DNA of 64,000 bases from NCBI GenBank assembly GCA_965202585.1, contig OZ241831.1, positions 3,224,001-3,288,000 of the forward strand, given 5' to 3'. Of the stretch, positions 28,401 through 43,100 are shown piece after piece. Origin of the DNA: Thalia democratica (Eukaryota). A program made the position numbers and the translations under genes. Below the pieces are notes generated by a model. The model was not told where the DNA came from and ran no database searches. It worked only from the letters and a program-made list of their open reading frames with translations. Within the stretch, counting starts at the first letter, position 1, and every line of letters begins with the position of its first letter.

Positions 28401-28861
28401 TATTCGTTATTGTTTTTTCTAACAACACAGGATACTTGTGCAACTTTCTGTAGGTTACTAATGTTTTAATACTATTTATAAATATGCTTTTTCATGCCTG
28501 CTTCGAATCTACATTAAGTTCTGCACTTTTTCTTAGACTTCAAATTTAATTTAAACTATAAAGAAGATGTTGGTGCAAAATATATTTTGTAGTCGTAAAT
28601 TACTGCCAGCAAACCGGATCTGACTTTACTAGTAGATATCTTTAGCTTGAAAACAGCAAAACAAGCAAAGATGAGCTTATTTGTTTTAAAATATTAGCAT
28701 ATTTCGATAAATTTTGTGTAAACCAAATTGAAATCTTTAAATTACAGTTTTGCTTTTGAAGACTTTTTTTTTTTCTAACGTTGTTAGTAGAACCATGCAA
28801 AGCTATTGTGGCCTGCGAAGACGCTAACAATTACGACCTGCAAAAGAAAAACGCTTTTTCA

Positions 28862-29183
28862 AGTAAATATAACAAGGTAGTTATAGAAGGGGTAAGTGTC
28901 AAAATTACACGAGCCTAACTTTTGCACCGAGCGACAATTTTTATGATATTTAATTTTTCTAATCAGAAACTTTTATATTTTTTCTAAAATTATAATTCAC
29001 ATTTTGTTATATATAATAAATATAATATGTAGAATATTTTTCTAATCCGTTATAAAAATTTTACTTTTTCTTCTAATCTCAAGTGCAAAAATATCGGTTT
29101 GTGTAAAAGTATCGCTAGGTTCAAAAGTGACGCTTGTTCATTTTTGACACTTACCCCTTTTACAACTACCTGGTTTTATTACT
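28862..29183. mobile_element. MITE related to the 11939 element
   Basis: Perfect core inverted repeat AAGGGGTAAGTGTCAAAA (28887) / TTTTGACACTTACCCCTT (~29142-29159), extending imperfectly to ~45 bp; internal TTTTGCAC subrepeats. Confidence 0.8.
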
Positions 29184-32100
29184 ACTCTTTTTTAAGGCTA
29201 CCGACCTGCTTGAGTTAAACATAAAGTTACAATACTATAACTTTACATTCATGGTTTTTCTTTTCTTAAAGCCGTCATGAATAAGCCCCAATACGTAAGC
29301 TGTAAAAATGTGTCTTTTATGAGAGTTTCTGTCAAACTCATTTGTTAGATAAGTCGCTGCATTTTTTATAAATTTAATACAAATACAAAGAAGTGTTTTA
29401 TATAAAGAAAAAAACATATATGAGACATTGTTAAATTTAGTTAGGTCAATGATATGCAATTTCAAAATCATGAATATAATTAAGCTTAATAGAAATCATG
29501 AAATGATGTCTAGCCTCGGTTCGTACAAAACTTTTACAACAAAAAATATGAGATAGTTTCAAAAGACACAAATAAAGTGTATTTACCAGTTTAAAAATAA
29601 AAACTGCACTCCTAAAGTATTTGGCGCCTAACTGTAATTTCAGCACTTTTGTAGTAATTTTAATGATAAAGAAAACGACTAATTCTAATAGCTTATCTTT
29701 ATATAATGTGTTTTATGTCAGTTGATCTAATTTCAATACAAAAACATAGTTTGAAAAAACACATACAAATGTTCATTTGTGAATTTTGTAATATCTTTAT
29801 TAACAAAAAATAAAAGGTCAAATTGTTAGTTTTTGTTTCGGTAACTTAAGATACTTTGACATGATATAAAAGTAATCATAAACAAAACAATTTTTTTTAT
29901 ATTTTGAATTTTTTCGTTTATAAACTTTCTAGACAACTTTAGCAGACAAATACAAAAAACATACTCCTTTTTTATCAAATAAAACATTACAAAAATGCTT
30001 ACGTAGATTGATGCTTTAAAAATTTTGGCAGTAAAAAAGTTTTGTATAATTAAACTACCAGTGTAATTCAGTTTTAGTTAGCAGTCTAATAAATTGGTTT
30101 TGCTTTTTTTATTAAATTATCTAAAAATAGAAAAATCGACCGTTTGTTATTGTATACTGTCAGTTCGTCACCGTTTAAAAATGAAGATGGCTTTTTGGCA
30201 AAAAATTAAAGAAATGCTTATTACTACACAAATTTTTTACTTGAACTTTCAAAACATGTTTTCAAGTTATAAATTATCCGAAAAAGCTCTAATTATATTC
30301 AATCTTAGGTCATTTGTAAAAATTTGTTTTATACAAAGTATGCAGTGTTGTGATATAATTAAATTTTGTAGCTCAAGTTTTTTTTTAGTTCTTACTAGCA
30401 TAGCTCAGTGGAGTACAGTCTTCTTTAAAGTTTTTTCCTAAATTGTTTATTTTTTGGAATATCTCACTAGCTAAACTAATATTATTATTGTAGTATAAAT
30501 TGAATACAAAATAGTTTTCAATATATACATACTACAATAATAATTTTACTAAAATAATAACAAAATTGAACAAATTAAAGAAGTTGTTTATTACAAAGTA
30601 AATAATTCAAAATGTCGAATCTTTTAACTTAAATTTTTCTGCTTCACAAAGAAGTTCCCTAGTTTTACAATTAAAGTTCTTTGACAGTTTGTATTTTAAA
30701 TATTTTTGCAATTAGTCAAACTGGTGGCGTTTACAAACAAATATAAACAAACTAATCATAAGTTGTTTATAAACTATGGGAATTAGGAGAAAGCTTGAAA
30801 TACATTAAAAGTATAAACAAAATAAGATTATTTGTGTTAATCAAGTTTATTTACTTTTTAGGAATGTGTTTATTTTATACAAACTTTTCTTAAGATTAAG
30901 CTGTTTAATAGTTTATGCACTTAAATTTAAACTATTTAATTAATCAAGAGTATAGAAATGCTGTTGATAATGTTTTTTAAAGGGTAAAAAAGCTATCGAA
31001 AATTTTTAGTTTTGCAAGTTTTAATTTTCAGTATAATTAAGTATAAACAATAATTTATAATAAGTAAGCAAGTAAACTATTTAGTAAAATATCTTTTATT
31101 TTCTTTAAGAGAGTCTCATATTTTAGTTAAATTTTAAGGAATATAATATGTTATATGTTAGTAATTAAGTAAAACGTTATTAATTATAAGTTATTTTAGC
31201 AGGTTAGTTTATGGTTGAACCAACGTATTTTCTAAGTTAAGCTTGTTAAAAAAAGTTGAAAGTTTACATGAGTTTAGTTAAGTATAATGTTATTAGAAGC
31301 AAAATATTTTTATTAAAACTTATCTAGATCTTTAAGTTGTTTTCCTTACTTACTGGAATTGTTTTTTTTTTTTGAATCTAGTATTTTACAGAAAGCTTTA
31401 CATAGGTATAAGCAAAAAATTTTGATTAAGATTATATTTAAAAATAAAAATACAGTTTTAATTTAAATATCTAACCATACTTTCATAATAAACTGTATTT
31501 ACATTAGCTACAAAAAAGTAACCGTAATTTTGAATTTGGCTAGCTTTGCTGACTTCTTTACACATAAATATTAACAAAAACAATAAAAAGTTTTAATTAA
31601 AAGATTAACAGTTTGTTATAATATTGTTGTTACATTTAATTTATTAATCAAATTGCTTAACTACACAACTGCCAGTACAGTTTACACTTCTTAGCTATAA
31701 ACTTACTTTATAAAGAAGTAAACAACTAGAAAAATTTATTCCCTTGTTATTGTTAATTAACAGACGTTTTCTTTTGTTGTCAGTGGGCATAGTAGAGCTT
31801 TTGAGAAACTTATATGTTTTTGAGAAAAGTTATTTGAAAATCAGTACATTTAAAAAAACTATTTTTTATTTACTTTTAACTACAACTCTAATTCAAGTTA
31901 TATGGCATTGAACAATAAGTTTGCTAAACTGATCCTTTTGCTTTTGAAGACTTTTATTTTAACATTTGAAAATTTGAAAAGTTTAACAACTACGGTGACT
32001 CACGGAGACTTTTTCTAAAAAGTCCAAGCGTGAACTTTCAATTACTTATTTAGTTAATTAAAAAACTCACAACCAATGTACTATGTTAGGGACCGGCAAA

Positions 32101-32504
32101 CTGCGGCCTGCAAGCCGAAAATCTGCGGCCCGTGAGGTACTTTTATCCGAAAAACATACTCATTGAAAGCAATAAAAAAAAGATTGAGGTAAAATGTTAC
32201 AACTAAGCTCTAATTTTATTAATAACTCTTTAATAGTGCTCCTTTATTGCTTATTATATCTTTCATATTAATTTTAAACAATAATTTTTTGATTACAACA
32301 TTATTTTTTGTTACTGTGGCAGGTTTATATAAAAATATTGAGATTGCTTATAATCTAATTAAATCAATGGAGTTTGTACAGTTGTAAATTTTGATAAATC
32401 ATAGTTGTTTGCACAATTAACGTTGTTAATTAGATGTTCTGCTATCAAAGTTCTTTTTCTTGCATTTATAACAGCTTTCGTTTTATTATTAGCCTTTTCT
32501 TTTA

Positions 32505-33060
32505 TAAATTTACATACATTTCGGTATATGTTCATCTACTCTCGTTTTTAGATGCCTAGATGTTTGTCCAATACAACTTCTCCCGCAGACGCAATTATAT
32601 TTGTAAATAATAAAATTTTCATTAAGGTTGGATATTGGTTCTTCAGTTCCAATCTAAGAACATTTAAGAAACAAGTATTGCTCTAAGCTAAACTTGGTTA
32701 TAAGTCGACTGTCTTAGTTCTTTCACTTTCTTCTCAAATAAACTTGATACGTTACCCAATATACTAGCTTAAGAACCGCAGGAAATTTCTTCGGTTCAAA
32801 CAATTTAGGCTTCCTACGGTTGCCATCGTGTGATTTTATTACTCTTTTTATCAGCTCTGATGGATAACCATTTCCGACTAGAACTTCATTGATCTTCTTT
32901 CAGTATGAAGCAGTTCAGGAGAACAAATCATACAAGCCCGATGGTATAAGGTTCTTATCAGGTTTTATTTTCTTTTCTTGGTACAAAAATATTGAAAATG
33001 CAAATTATTGCTCTTTTAAAGAAGGCTTTCTACACACACTGCTAAAAAATATCGCTTTAC
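32505..33060 (-). mobile_element. Penelope-like retroelement remnant (RT thumb + GIY-YIG endonuclease), frameshifted
   Basis: Minus-strand frames give SVCRKPS, NLIRTLYHRACMICSPELL, KKINEVLVGNGYPSELI and IIYKYNCVCGRSCIGQTSRHLKTRVDEH. Confidence 0.88.
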
Positions 33061-35727
33061 ACCTTGTAATTAATATATCCAAGTAGTATTTTTATTTATT
33101 TATTTTTCTAAGCTCGTTTGTATAACAAAATAAACTAAACCCTAGTTAGATTAGTTGCACTAAACTTTTTATTTAAAAAATCAAAACACAAACAATAACC
33201 AGCTTTTCTACAGTTTAAAAAGCAAAAGTAAACCACTTTTAAATTTATTTATATCATTGGTATGCTTTTAAAACGAATAAAAAACAATTTTTAAGAACTT
33301 TTAGCTTTAACTCTTATAAAGTTCTTACATTCTAAAAGTATAAAATAGCTTTAAAAAAAAAAACTTTATATTTAATTTCTAGCTTCAAACTACACTCCTA
33401 AAGTATTTGGCGTCTTAATGTAATTTCAGCACTTTTGTAGTAACTTTAATGATAAAGAAAACCACTAATTCTTGCGGCTTATCTTTATATAATGTATTTT
33501 GTATCAATATTTTCATTTTAAATACACAAGCACAGTTTAAAACAACACATAGAGTTGTTGACTTGGCATTTGTTTATATTTCGATTAAGAAAAAAAATGT
33601 CTTAATGTTAATTTCTTTTCGGTAACTTAAAAAATACTTTGATATAAGTTAAGATAGACATAAAAAACATAACTTTTATATCGTTTAAAATTTTTTTTCT
33701 ATAAACTTTCTAGACAAATTTAGCAGACAAAACTAAAATTATACTCCCTTTTTATCAAATAAAACTTTATGAAAAATGCTTACGTAGATTTATGCTTTAA
33801 AAACTTTGGCAGTAAAAAAGTTTTGTATAATTAAACTACAAGTGTAATGAAGTTTTAGTTAGCAGTCTAATAAATTGGTCTTGAATTTTTAATTAAGTTA
33901 TCTAAAAATAGAAAGATTGACCGTTTGTTATTATATACTGTCAGTTCGTCACCGATTAAAAATGAAGATGGCTTTTTGGCAATAAATTAAAGAAATGCTT
34001 ATTACTACAAAACTTTTTTACTTGAATTTTTAAAATACGTTTTTAGGTTTTACTTTATTGGAAGAAACTTTAATCATATTCAATCTAAGGTTATTTATGA
34101 AAGTTTGGTACATTCAAGAAAATAATTTTTGTAATCTAAACATATTTTGTATCTTAAGTATTTTCTAAAAAATACTAACTGATTATGATCTTTACTTCAT
34201 TACAGTTTATTTCATAAATAAATTCTTAGTTTGATTATTTAAATAGCTTAACTAATATTTTTGTTCTAGAATAAACTCAAAAAAAATGCTCCTTTAAAGA
34301 TACATCTTTTTTAAATCATACAGTTAAAGGTAGGTGTTATTTTTAGTTAATTGCTAAAAGTAGAAGAATATTTCAAATCTAGTTTTGTAGTTTTTGAAAA
34401 AACTCCCTTATTTAAAAAAAATTTTCGTTGTACTTAAAACGGTTTTGCAATTAGTTTATTGATGTGTTTACAAATACATCTAAATAAACTAATCGTAAGT
34501 TGTTTACTATTTGTATCAGATGAAAGCCTTAAAAAATTAAAGAGTCTAAACAAAATAACATTTTTCGTGATAATCAAGTTTATTTACTTTTTAGGAATGT
34601 ATCTATTTTATACAGAATGTTCTTAAGATTAAAGTAATTAATTTCTTAAAAATTTTAAAAAAAGTCGACAAGAACTCACAAATGTTGTTGATAATATGTT
34701 TAAAAGGGTAAAACAACTTATCAACAACGTTTAGTTTTGCAAGGTTTTAGTTTTAGTATAATCAAGTATAAGCAATAATTTACAATAAGTAAGCTATTAA
34801 ACTATTAAGTAAAAGGTCTTATTTCCTTGTATAGAATCTCAAACTTTTATTGAATTTAAAGTATGTACTACGTTCAAATTCCCAAATTGAAAATTTAAAG
34901 TAAAAAGGTTACTATTTATAACTACAGCATGTTTTTGTTGTTTTATAATTTCTTAAAAGGGTAGTACATGTTTAAATCAATGTATTTGTTTAATTAAAAT
35001 TGTTAATAAATGATAAAAGCTTACATGTATTTAATTAAGTAAAAGCAAATTTATTTTAGTAAAACAGAATAGTACTTGTGCAATTTTTTTGCTTTGTAGA
35101 CTTATTTGTTTTAAATTTAGTTTATAGAAAGCTTAGCATAAGTATGAGCGAAAAAAATTGATAAAGATTATGTTTAAAACTAAAAATACAATGTTAATTT
35201 AAGCATCTAACAATAGTTTCATATTAAATTTAGCGAAAAAGTTGTAAACTTTGAAGTTTATTAGCTTTGAAGAACCTCTACTGTTAACACAAAATAAAAT
35301 GAAAGTTAATAAGTCATAAAAAAGTTGTGTTAAATATGATACACTGATTTCATAGAAATTCATAAAATTCATAAAGTTTGTCAAATGTTGTTAAAAGATA
35401 CTTAAGATATAAAAAGTATTAAAGCATTCGATCTAGTTACATATCTAAAACAGCAAACAAAACTAAATGTTTCATAAAACTTTAACAAAACATTAAACCA
35501 CCTATAGTATGAAACTTAAGCGGTAATAAATCTTAAAACTGTGCGTCTCATACTTTATAGGACCAAGTAGTAAAGTTACAGAAAAAAATTCATAAACTAT
35601 TAAAAAGTAACACCGACCGCGTAAGTGGCTGTTTTACAACTCAATCAGTTACACGGAAAGTTATCTAACATTTTATTTCGAAGTTTCAACGCAGAAAAAC
35701 ATAACCCCGCTTAGCCTGCGCGCCTCA

Positions 35728-35736
35728 TGGGTGGTC
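35728..35736 (-). promoter_or_regulatory. Perfect GLI site in a GC-rich island (~35600-35850)
   Basis: TGGGTGGTC, the reverse complement of the GACCACCCA consensus. Confidence 0.7.
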
Positions 35737-38700
35737 TCCTCGTATGTGAGCTCCATTCTACTGCAATGAATTCGTGCATGTGTGTGTTCCTCTTGTGATT
35801 GATCGTTCGCGCTGATAACTTTCAAGCAAGTTTTGCTAGCATTCCAAAATGTATATGGCATAATAAGAAAATATTTTGTTGCTTTCCATGGCATTCTAAA
35901 AGTTTGCAAGAGTGGTAGTGCTAAAACAAATAAGTTCTGCAGATAAATTAAAAGCTTTACAGGTGGTACAAATAGTTTGATTTTAAGTGATCTGCAATTA
36001 ATTTAAAAGTTCTTCTTGCATTTCAACTATTGAGATAAAATAAAAAAGCATAAGCTCTGCAAACAAATTTGTAGCATTCCAGAAGATTAATTTATAATAG
36101 TTTCAAGATATCAAGTTTTTAAGTGTTATAAATTGAACAATCAAACATAAATTCCTAAAGTGGTTCTGAAGCACTCAAAAGTAAAACTTACAAGCTGTAA
36201 AAATAAATTAGATTAAGGTAATGTAGAATTGATTTATCAATTGATGTAGCATTAAAAGTACCAAGTTTATAAGAGGGTATAAATAAGATGCTATAAAATA
36301 TAAGCACCTAAAGTACTTCTTTTATGAAGAATTCCAAATAAAATTTGTAAAACTAAAAATCAATTATAATAAAACTAAAAGCTGACAGCACTTACAGTTT
36401 ATGGGTGGTATTAATACTTATAGAACAAGTGTGGTATAAAGTTTTGTGGCATTCAATGTAGTAGTTTCTATTTATTTGTATAGCTGCTGTAGCACTTAAT
36501 TAAGGTACTTATAAGTGGTAATAGAAAAGCTTAGATTAAACTCTATAAAGTAAGTTATTAAAAGTCTATTATTGTGTTAAAAAAGAGGGTTGTTACATAA
36601 AAAATCTGTATCAAAATTTTTAATTTTTTAAAATTATATTATACAGGTGTTATTGACTTTAATATTTAAAAAACATTTCAAAAACCAACTAATTAATTAG
36701 TTTTAAACTGTCATTATTTTTTGCTTTGCCTAATCTAATACGAAAGTAGATATAATTTTGTTATAAGAAATTATTGTTGTTTGAATATTACGGAAAATAA
36801 TTTGTTTAAAATTAAGAGATAAACAACTAAAACCAACTGTTATACATAAATTTTGAATAAGAAAAATATTTATAAAAACTGAGAGTTATTTTTCATCAAG
36901 CAGTTTAAACATCAAATTTAGTTTTAGTTTAATAAATACTTTGTTTATGAAATAAGTACTTTACATGTTTTTATCAAACTTGTTTTTCACTTTACAACTT
37001 TACTTTATACTTTGAGTATTATTTTTGCGTTGTTGTCAACCTTGAGTTAAAATAGTTCTTCAACTATTTTTTTTTAAGTTTCAAAACTTTAGATGTTTTG
37101 TCTTTTTTAAGTCTTAAAATCTTTCGTTTGACAGTAAACACTAGTTTAAAGCTTGTAATACTTTAGTTTCTACTCATATCAATCTTGTAAACTCTACAAT
37201 GTACTATAAACTTAATTAAATTTGTAAATGTTTTGAAAGTTGTAAAAAATGTTAATTTTACGCTTGTTTAATTATAAACGAGTCAGTAGTCTAATATTTA
37301 TAAACAGTTACTACACTCAGAAATCTTTAAAAAATATTTATTAATATTTTGTGACGGAATTATTATACATATACAAATTATTCAACTTTTACTACAGTTT
37401 TTTAGATCTAATATACTTTCTTATTAAAACTCTTGTTAAAACAGAGGCTATTTTCTTGTTTAAAAGCTTTTATTAAACTTCAAGTTATTTTTTGTTTCTA
37501 GACGTTTTAAAAAACATAACAGTCAACTTTACCATGAAATAAACTTAAATTTAACGAAAAAAAGTAAACTTTTTCATTTTTGTCAGATTTTTTTAAGAAC
37601 TTTAATTTACAGTTTATTTTTTTGCCAAATTTTTAAAGTTGTTATGATATTACTTAATGTATTATATTTATTCTACTTTTTTTTTTGATTACAAGTTTTA
37701 TAAATAAATAATATTTTACGCTTAAAAAACTTTGAAATTGTAGTTCTTAGAAATCAGTGCTGAATACTTTTTAGAGGTTTAAAATGAAGTTGACATTTAA
37801 TTAAATTACAGTTAGGTTAATTAAGTTCTCAAAATAAAGTTGCTTTATTTTTGATGTTAGAGTAAATGCTTTATTTTTATATTTTTCATCTATGATCAGG
37901 GTACAATTACTTAGAAACTAAAGAGTTCAAAATAGTTAGAAATTTTCATACTTTAATTCGGTTTATTAGCCTGGTTTTCAGTATACTATCTTATTTTAGA
38001 AGATCATATTTTTCTTAAAACATCAGTTCTGTGAGTTTGATTAAAATACATGAGTTATTAAAAAGTTATGCTTACTTTTAACGGTATGTAGTAAGTAAGC
38101 AAAAAATTTTAAACTTTTCAAATACTTAGTAATTGATGAAACTAACTTTTAAACGATTAACTAAAAAGTTCACTCTAGAATTAAACTACAACTAGATGGG
38201 ATTAAGCTTTCTAAGGGGATTTTTAATTTTCTTATAAAGCTATAGAATTTAGCTACCCGAATACTATTTCTTTTTCTAAAGAGTGCAGAAAAATTTGTTT
38301 ATTTATTTAGTTGTTTCGCTGAAAGTGTGCAAACTTACTTGTTTTTTTGTCTAGTTAGTTTATCGTTTTTATAAAAAAAAAATTTTCTTTAAAACATTAG
38401 TAGTATTACGTTACAGAAAATAAAGCTTTGTTTACTAGTACTATCTCAAAATGAGCGTTTTTAGTAACCTGTATAACTTTTAAAGAGATAAACCTAAACA
38501 GACTTGCGCTTATACTACAACTAATTTAAAGCTTTAACCGTTTACTTCAAAAAGTTAAGGTAAGAATTTAAAGTTAAAGGTTATATTCAAATTAGGTATA
38601 ATCATTGTAGCAAACTAGTTATTATGGTCTTTATGACATTTTACTGATGTTTTTTTTACGTGAACTTCCTCTTTTTAACACGTTTTTAAGCTCCTGGTCA

Positions 38701-38926
38701 TTAGTATATTTAAAAGATATAGAAATGTTTATGAACTGCCTGATTTTTGTAACTAGCGTTTAACACATACGTTACACAAAATATAAAAAAACTAAAAAAA
38801 TATCTTTTATAGGTGTAACGTTTTTTTTTCTTTTTAAATTTATTTTTTAGAAGCTTGTAAAATAAGAATACAAAAAAAAGCAAAACTACTATAATTATTT
38901 TGTTTTGTATTTCGATCTTTGGTTTC

Positions 38927-38998
38927 AAACATTAAATAAGCTAAAATATAGCTCAAAATTTTAAACATTAAATAAGCTAAAATATAGCTCAAAATTTT
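38927..38998. repeat. Perfect 36-bp tandem duplication
   Basis: AAACATTAAATAAGCTAAAATATAGCTCAAAATTTT x2. Confidence 0.9.
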
Positions 38999-39959
38999 AG
39001 ATAAAATAGTAAATTAAATATTTTTAATTGTGTTCTACTAGTTAAGAAGAAAATACTATTATCTAGAATTATATATGTTAGCTTAAAGTACAAAAAAAAC
39101 TAACTAGCCTAAATTTTACCAAATAACTGTATTTTGTTGGATTTTTTATCAATGTTTAAAATAGTTTGAATATTTATTTTAACCTTGAGTGTTAGCTGCT
39201 GGTTTAGATCTCAGTAACTGCTTATTCTAACAGACCACAACTTGAGTGGTTAACAAACATATCAGTAAATCTGTTTTAATTATCAACACATTGAAGGAAT
39301 ACAAATGTCACCATTTGTCTATTTAAAGGGAAAACTTAACAGAAAAATGAGGAGTATGAATATTACTGAAATATTCGTTTTGTTAACAGAACTGTACCAC
39401 AAAAAACACAAATATTTTAAAAATCCGAGCTTTTTCAGTACTCCGTATGTTGAGACTTATTAGAAGGTTAGATTTTGTTAATAATATGGAATAACATTTT
39501 ACAAATAAATTAAAAATGAGTTTAAAACAATAGATTTTCTGAGCTTTTACCATTTTTAAGTAACGATGTAGATTTTAACTTTGAAGACAATAAATATTAA
39601 CAAACAAGTAGCAGTAGATAGAAAATAAGTTTTAATTGTTAAAAACCAGCTTATAGTTAGAGTTAGCACAATGAGTTGGAAGTTTCGAAAGCTAAAAACT
39701 TTTATGAACTAAAAATTTGAATACTAAGACTTAACCCAACCATATAAGTCAGTTTATTGACAAGTAATCCCACAAAATCTCCACTTTAAACCGTAAACCA
39801 AGTCAAATTAAAATAATCCCGACCAATAACAGGAGGATTAGCAAGTAATGCCTAAAAAGTAAAAAACTACAACAGCAAGCTATAAATCTGCATTTTATAA
39901 AAACCTCTATAAATTAAAAATAATCCAAAACATTACGAATTATCTCAACCGGTTTAAAA

Positions 39960-40150
39960 CAACGTGACGAGATTACGGCCGTTGAAATGTCACCGTCGTT
40001 GAAATGTCACGTCGCAGAAAAGTCGCTTCATAAGTTCGTTGTGACGTCACGCTTGTGACGTATCACTTCCGAGCAGATGCGAGCGTGGGTGGTCGCCATG
40101 ACAACCATCAGTACGTGGGTGGTCTCCGCGGTGAAATAATAAAAAGTAAG
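39960..40150. promoter_or_regulatory. Composite element: CRE (40042), GLI (40086, 40116), RFX X-box (40092)
   Basis: TGACGTCA; TGGGTGGTC x2; GTCGCCATGACAAC; in an isolated GC-rich island. Confidence 0.8.
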
Positions 40151-43100
40151 CTGCAGAGAAGTAATCTCCTCTCAGCGAGATTTCAGCAAAATATGATTTT
40201 TTTATTAATTTTTTTTGTGGAAATATAAGGCGGAAGAGGTGCGGTCTACTGGTTTATATTTTTTATTTTTGTTTTATGGATTAATTTATGCGCGGAAACA
40301 AAACAAAGAAAGTTGTTTACAAACTTTGGGAAAGTTTTTTTTTTTTGATAGTTTTAGTAAAAGTTTCATTATATGTTGTATAGCTGCTTGCTTGTAATAA
40401 TAGAAGAATGTTTCAAAAGAAATTTTTAGTGGTTTGCAAAGTTTTTTTGTTTTTTGTGAATTTCGTAAAATAGTTTAAACAGATTAAATTTTTTAAATAG
40501 CTTCAGTATGAATATTAAGTTGTATTTTCTCGTACGACTTTATTACAAATGCTGACTGAAGTTAGTTGTACAAAAATTAAGTAAAAAATTGTATTCATTG
40601 AAAGCCACGCTTTTAAACTTCATTATGAAACCACTTATAAAGTAAATCAAGAAGCTTAAACTTAAAACTTAAGCATTAGAATAAACTGTGCCAAGTTTAG
40701 CAAATAAAGAAAATAAATAAACTGATTTTATATGTTTTCTAACAGGTGTGCTTAATGTCTAAGCTTAATAAACTAATATTTTCATTTAATTTATACTTAA
40801 TATAATTACTATGAGTTAATTTTCGTTAAAAAAGTTAAACTTAATTGAAGATTTATAAGAGTTTAGCTTGTAACTTACTTGAATATAAACAACTACAAAT
40901 AACTTAAAGTTTGCAACAAACCTAATATACTTTTTCAAAACTTTTATACAAAGCATTAAAATTAATGCTCAAAAAGTTTCAATTTTCATAATAACATAAA
41001 AAATGTTCTTATAATTAAAATATAAGGTTATCAACAAGAATAACATTGAATCTTTACTGTATCGTGTCGTATTTAACCACAATATTGTAAATATTGTGTT
41101 TATTTACATAACATTTATTCTCAGTTAAGTCGAAATCAAGTAACTTTAGTCAGAAATATCAAATTTCAATACTTTTATTTGATACTTACTGTGAAAAGTA
41201 ACAAAAAAGTAATAAAAAAATTTTAAGTTTGGATAATTTTCTTCTTAAGTTTTTCTCTTTTAAATTTTTATTCAACATTTAGTAGATTTTTTTTTTTTTG
41301 TTCAATTCTAATTTTTTTTAATATAGTTTTAAGTTATAGTTGTTTAGTTTCAAGTTTGACTTTGAAAAGTTATTTAGTATAAAATAAATGTTTAATTTTG
41401 ATAATATTTTCAGCTAGTTTTTGTGCAAACTACTTTGTACAAAATTAAATGAATAAAGTGTTTATTTTTATATAGAATTTAGTTTTTTTTCTAATTACCC
41501 AATATTTTATATGTATTATATAATTGTACTTGAATCACAAACTTTTATGTTAAACATTTTAAGCAAAACTTAGTTTGCATTATAAGCCTTTAAAAAACTA
41601 ACAAGTTTAATACCTTCTTTTTTATAAAATAGATTTGTTATTTTTAGAAACGAAACTTCTTGTAATTGATAAGCTAGAAGACATAAAATTAATTAAAATA
41701 TATCGTTTGGTTAAAAATTGTTTAGAAAAACTATAGAAATACACTGCTTTAAATTAGTTATATTTGGTTATTAAAACAAATATTATTAAGCTTTGGCTTA
41801 ACTGAAACATTTATGTTTTTAGTTTTCGTGAATAAAATAAATATATAAAGTTTTATATTTATGTAAAAATGTTTATCTTCTAACTTTTGATTGGAAAGAC
41901 TTTTGACTCTTTTAACTATTTTACTATTTTAATGGAAACAGTTTGTGATAAAATTAAACTACGTCTAATTTGAAGTTATTCAAGTTAAAAAAAACAAAAA
42001 ATCAAAGCATTTCCTATTAAAAAAATTCTGTGTTAGTTTATAAAAGCTAACATAGAAAATAGATAAAAATATATTGTTTTAGTTTAAAAAGGCTGAAAAA
42101 TAATTATTTATTTTCTAGTACAAGCAATTTGTGTTGCAAATTACATTATTTTTAGGTTAAATACTAGATTGTCGAGCAGTGATTCACGCATTAACAAATA
42201 ATTAGACCTCACACTAACTTAACAAGCAAAAAGAAAATCTAGAATCAAATTAACTTTTTTATATACGAATAAGAAAATTGAGAAATTATACAGTTTTTAA
42301 ATTATGATAAATTTGGTTTAGTACTTTTCTTGTCAATAAAAACTTTATTTAGTTAGTTTGAAAAGAATAAAGCATTTATTGAAACAAAATCTAGACCTCA
42401 ATGACGTTTTATTTTTAAACAAACATATTGAAATTCAAAAGTTGCACGATTTTTATATATTTTAAGTAGTATTAATTGTTTGTTATAAGGTTAAATACGT
42501 AAGTACAGTTTAAAATTTTTTAATTTATTAATGTTATAAACTACTTTTTTACTAAAACAGCTATTTCTAGTAAATAAAACTGTTTTTTTTATTTTATTTT
42601 TATTTTTTTATTTAAAAAACTTAAAAAATAATAAAGACGTAAAAAAACAAAAATTTAAGTAGTTTGTACAAGGTAATATCACTTAACTAATTGTAGTTAT
42701 TTAAAAATTCGTAAAACAGTCTAATATAAACTTCATTTTCAAGGTTTACTACTAAAATAATAACATTATGAATAAAAAATTGACACACTATTGCTTTTAA
42801 TTGGTTAAAAATGTTTATGTAAAGTTCGTTAGTTCATATCCCCAAGGCTTAAGGTATTTTGATTTTTGATTTAAAAAGTTAATTTAAAAAGACTTATTTG
42901 ATTTAACTAATTTTTCTAATAGTAATATTTTTTTTTAAGTTGATATTTTTTGCACTTAGAAAGGTAAACCCAATTGTTTTCTCTTGTTTTAAGGACTAAA
43001 CAGCACATGTGAAAAAAAATTGATTTAGTTAGTTTTAAACTGAAAACTTAGAAAACCATCAGCACAGTAAAACATAAATCAAACATTTTCACGCTTTGTA

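Larger units (their letters stand above)
28000..34880. repeat. Older ~3.75-kb tandem duplication (best block 29600-31150 vs 33387-34880; patches 28005/31780 and 28750/31935)
   Basis: Shared strings such as CTCCTAAAGTATTTGGCG, GTCAGTTCGTCACCG...AAAATGAAGATGGCTTTTTGGCAA and GGGCATAGTAGAGCTTTT. Confidence 0.85.

Noticed and set aside
35830-36600. Faint periodicity (GTGGT/TAGCATT motifs)
   Set aside because: Too degenerate to define a unit by eye.
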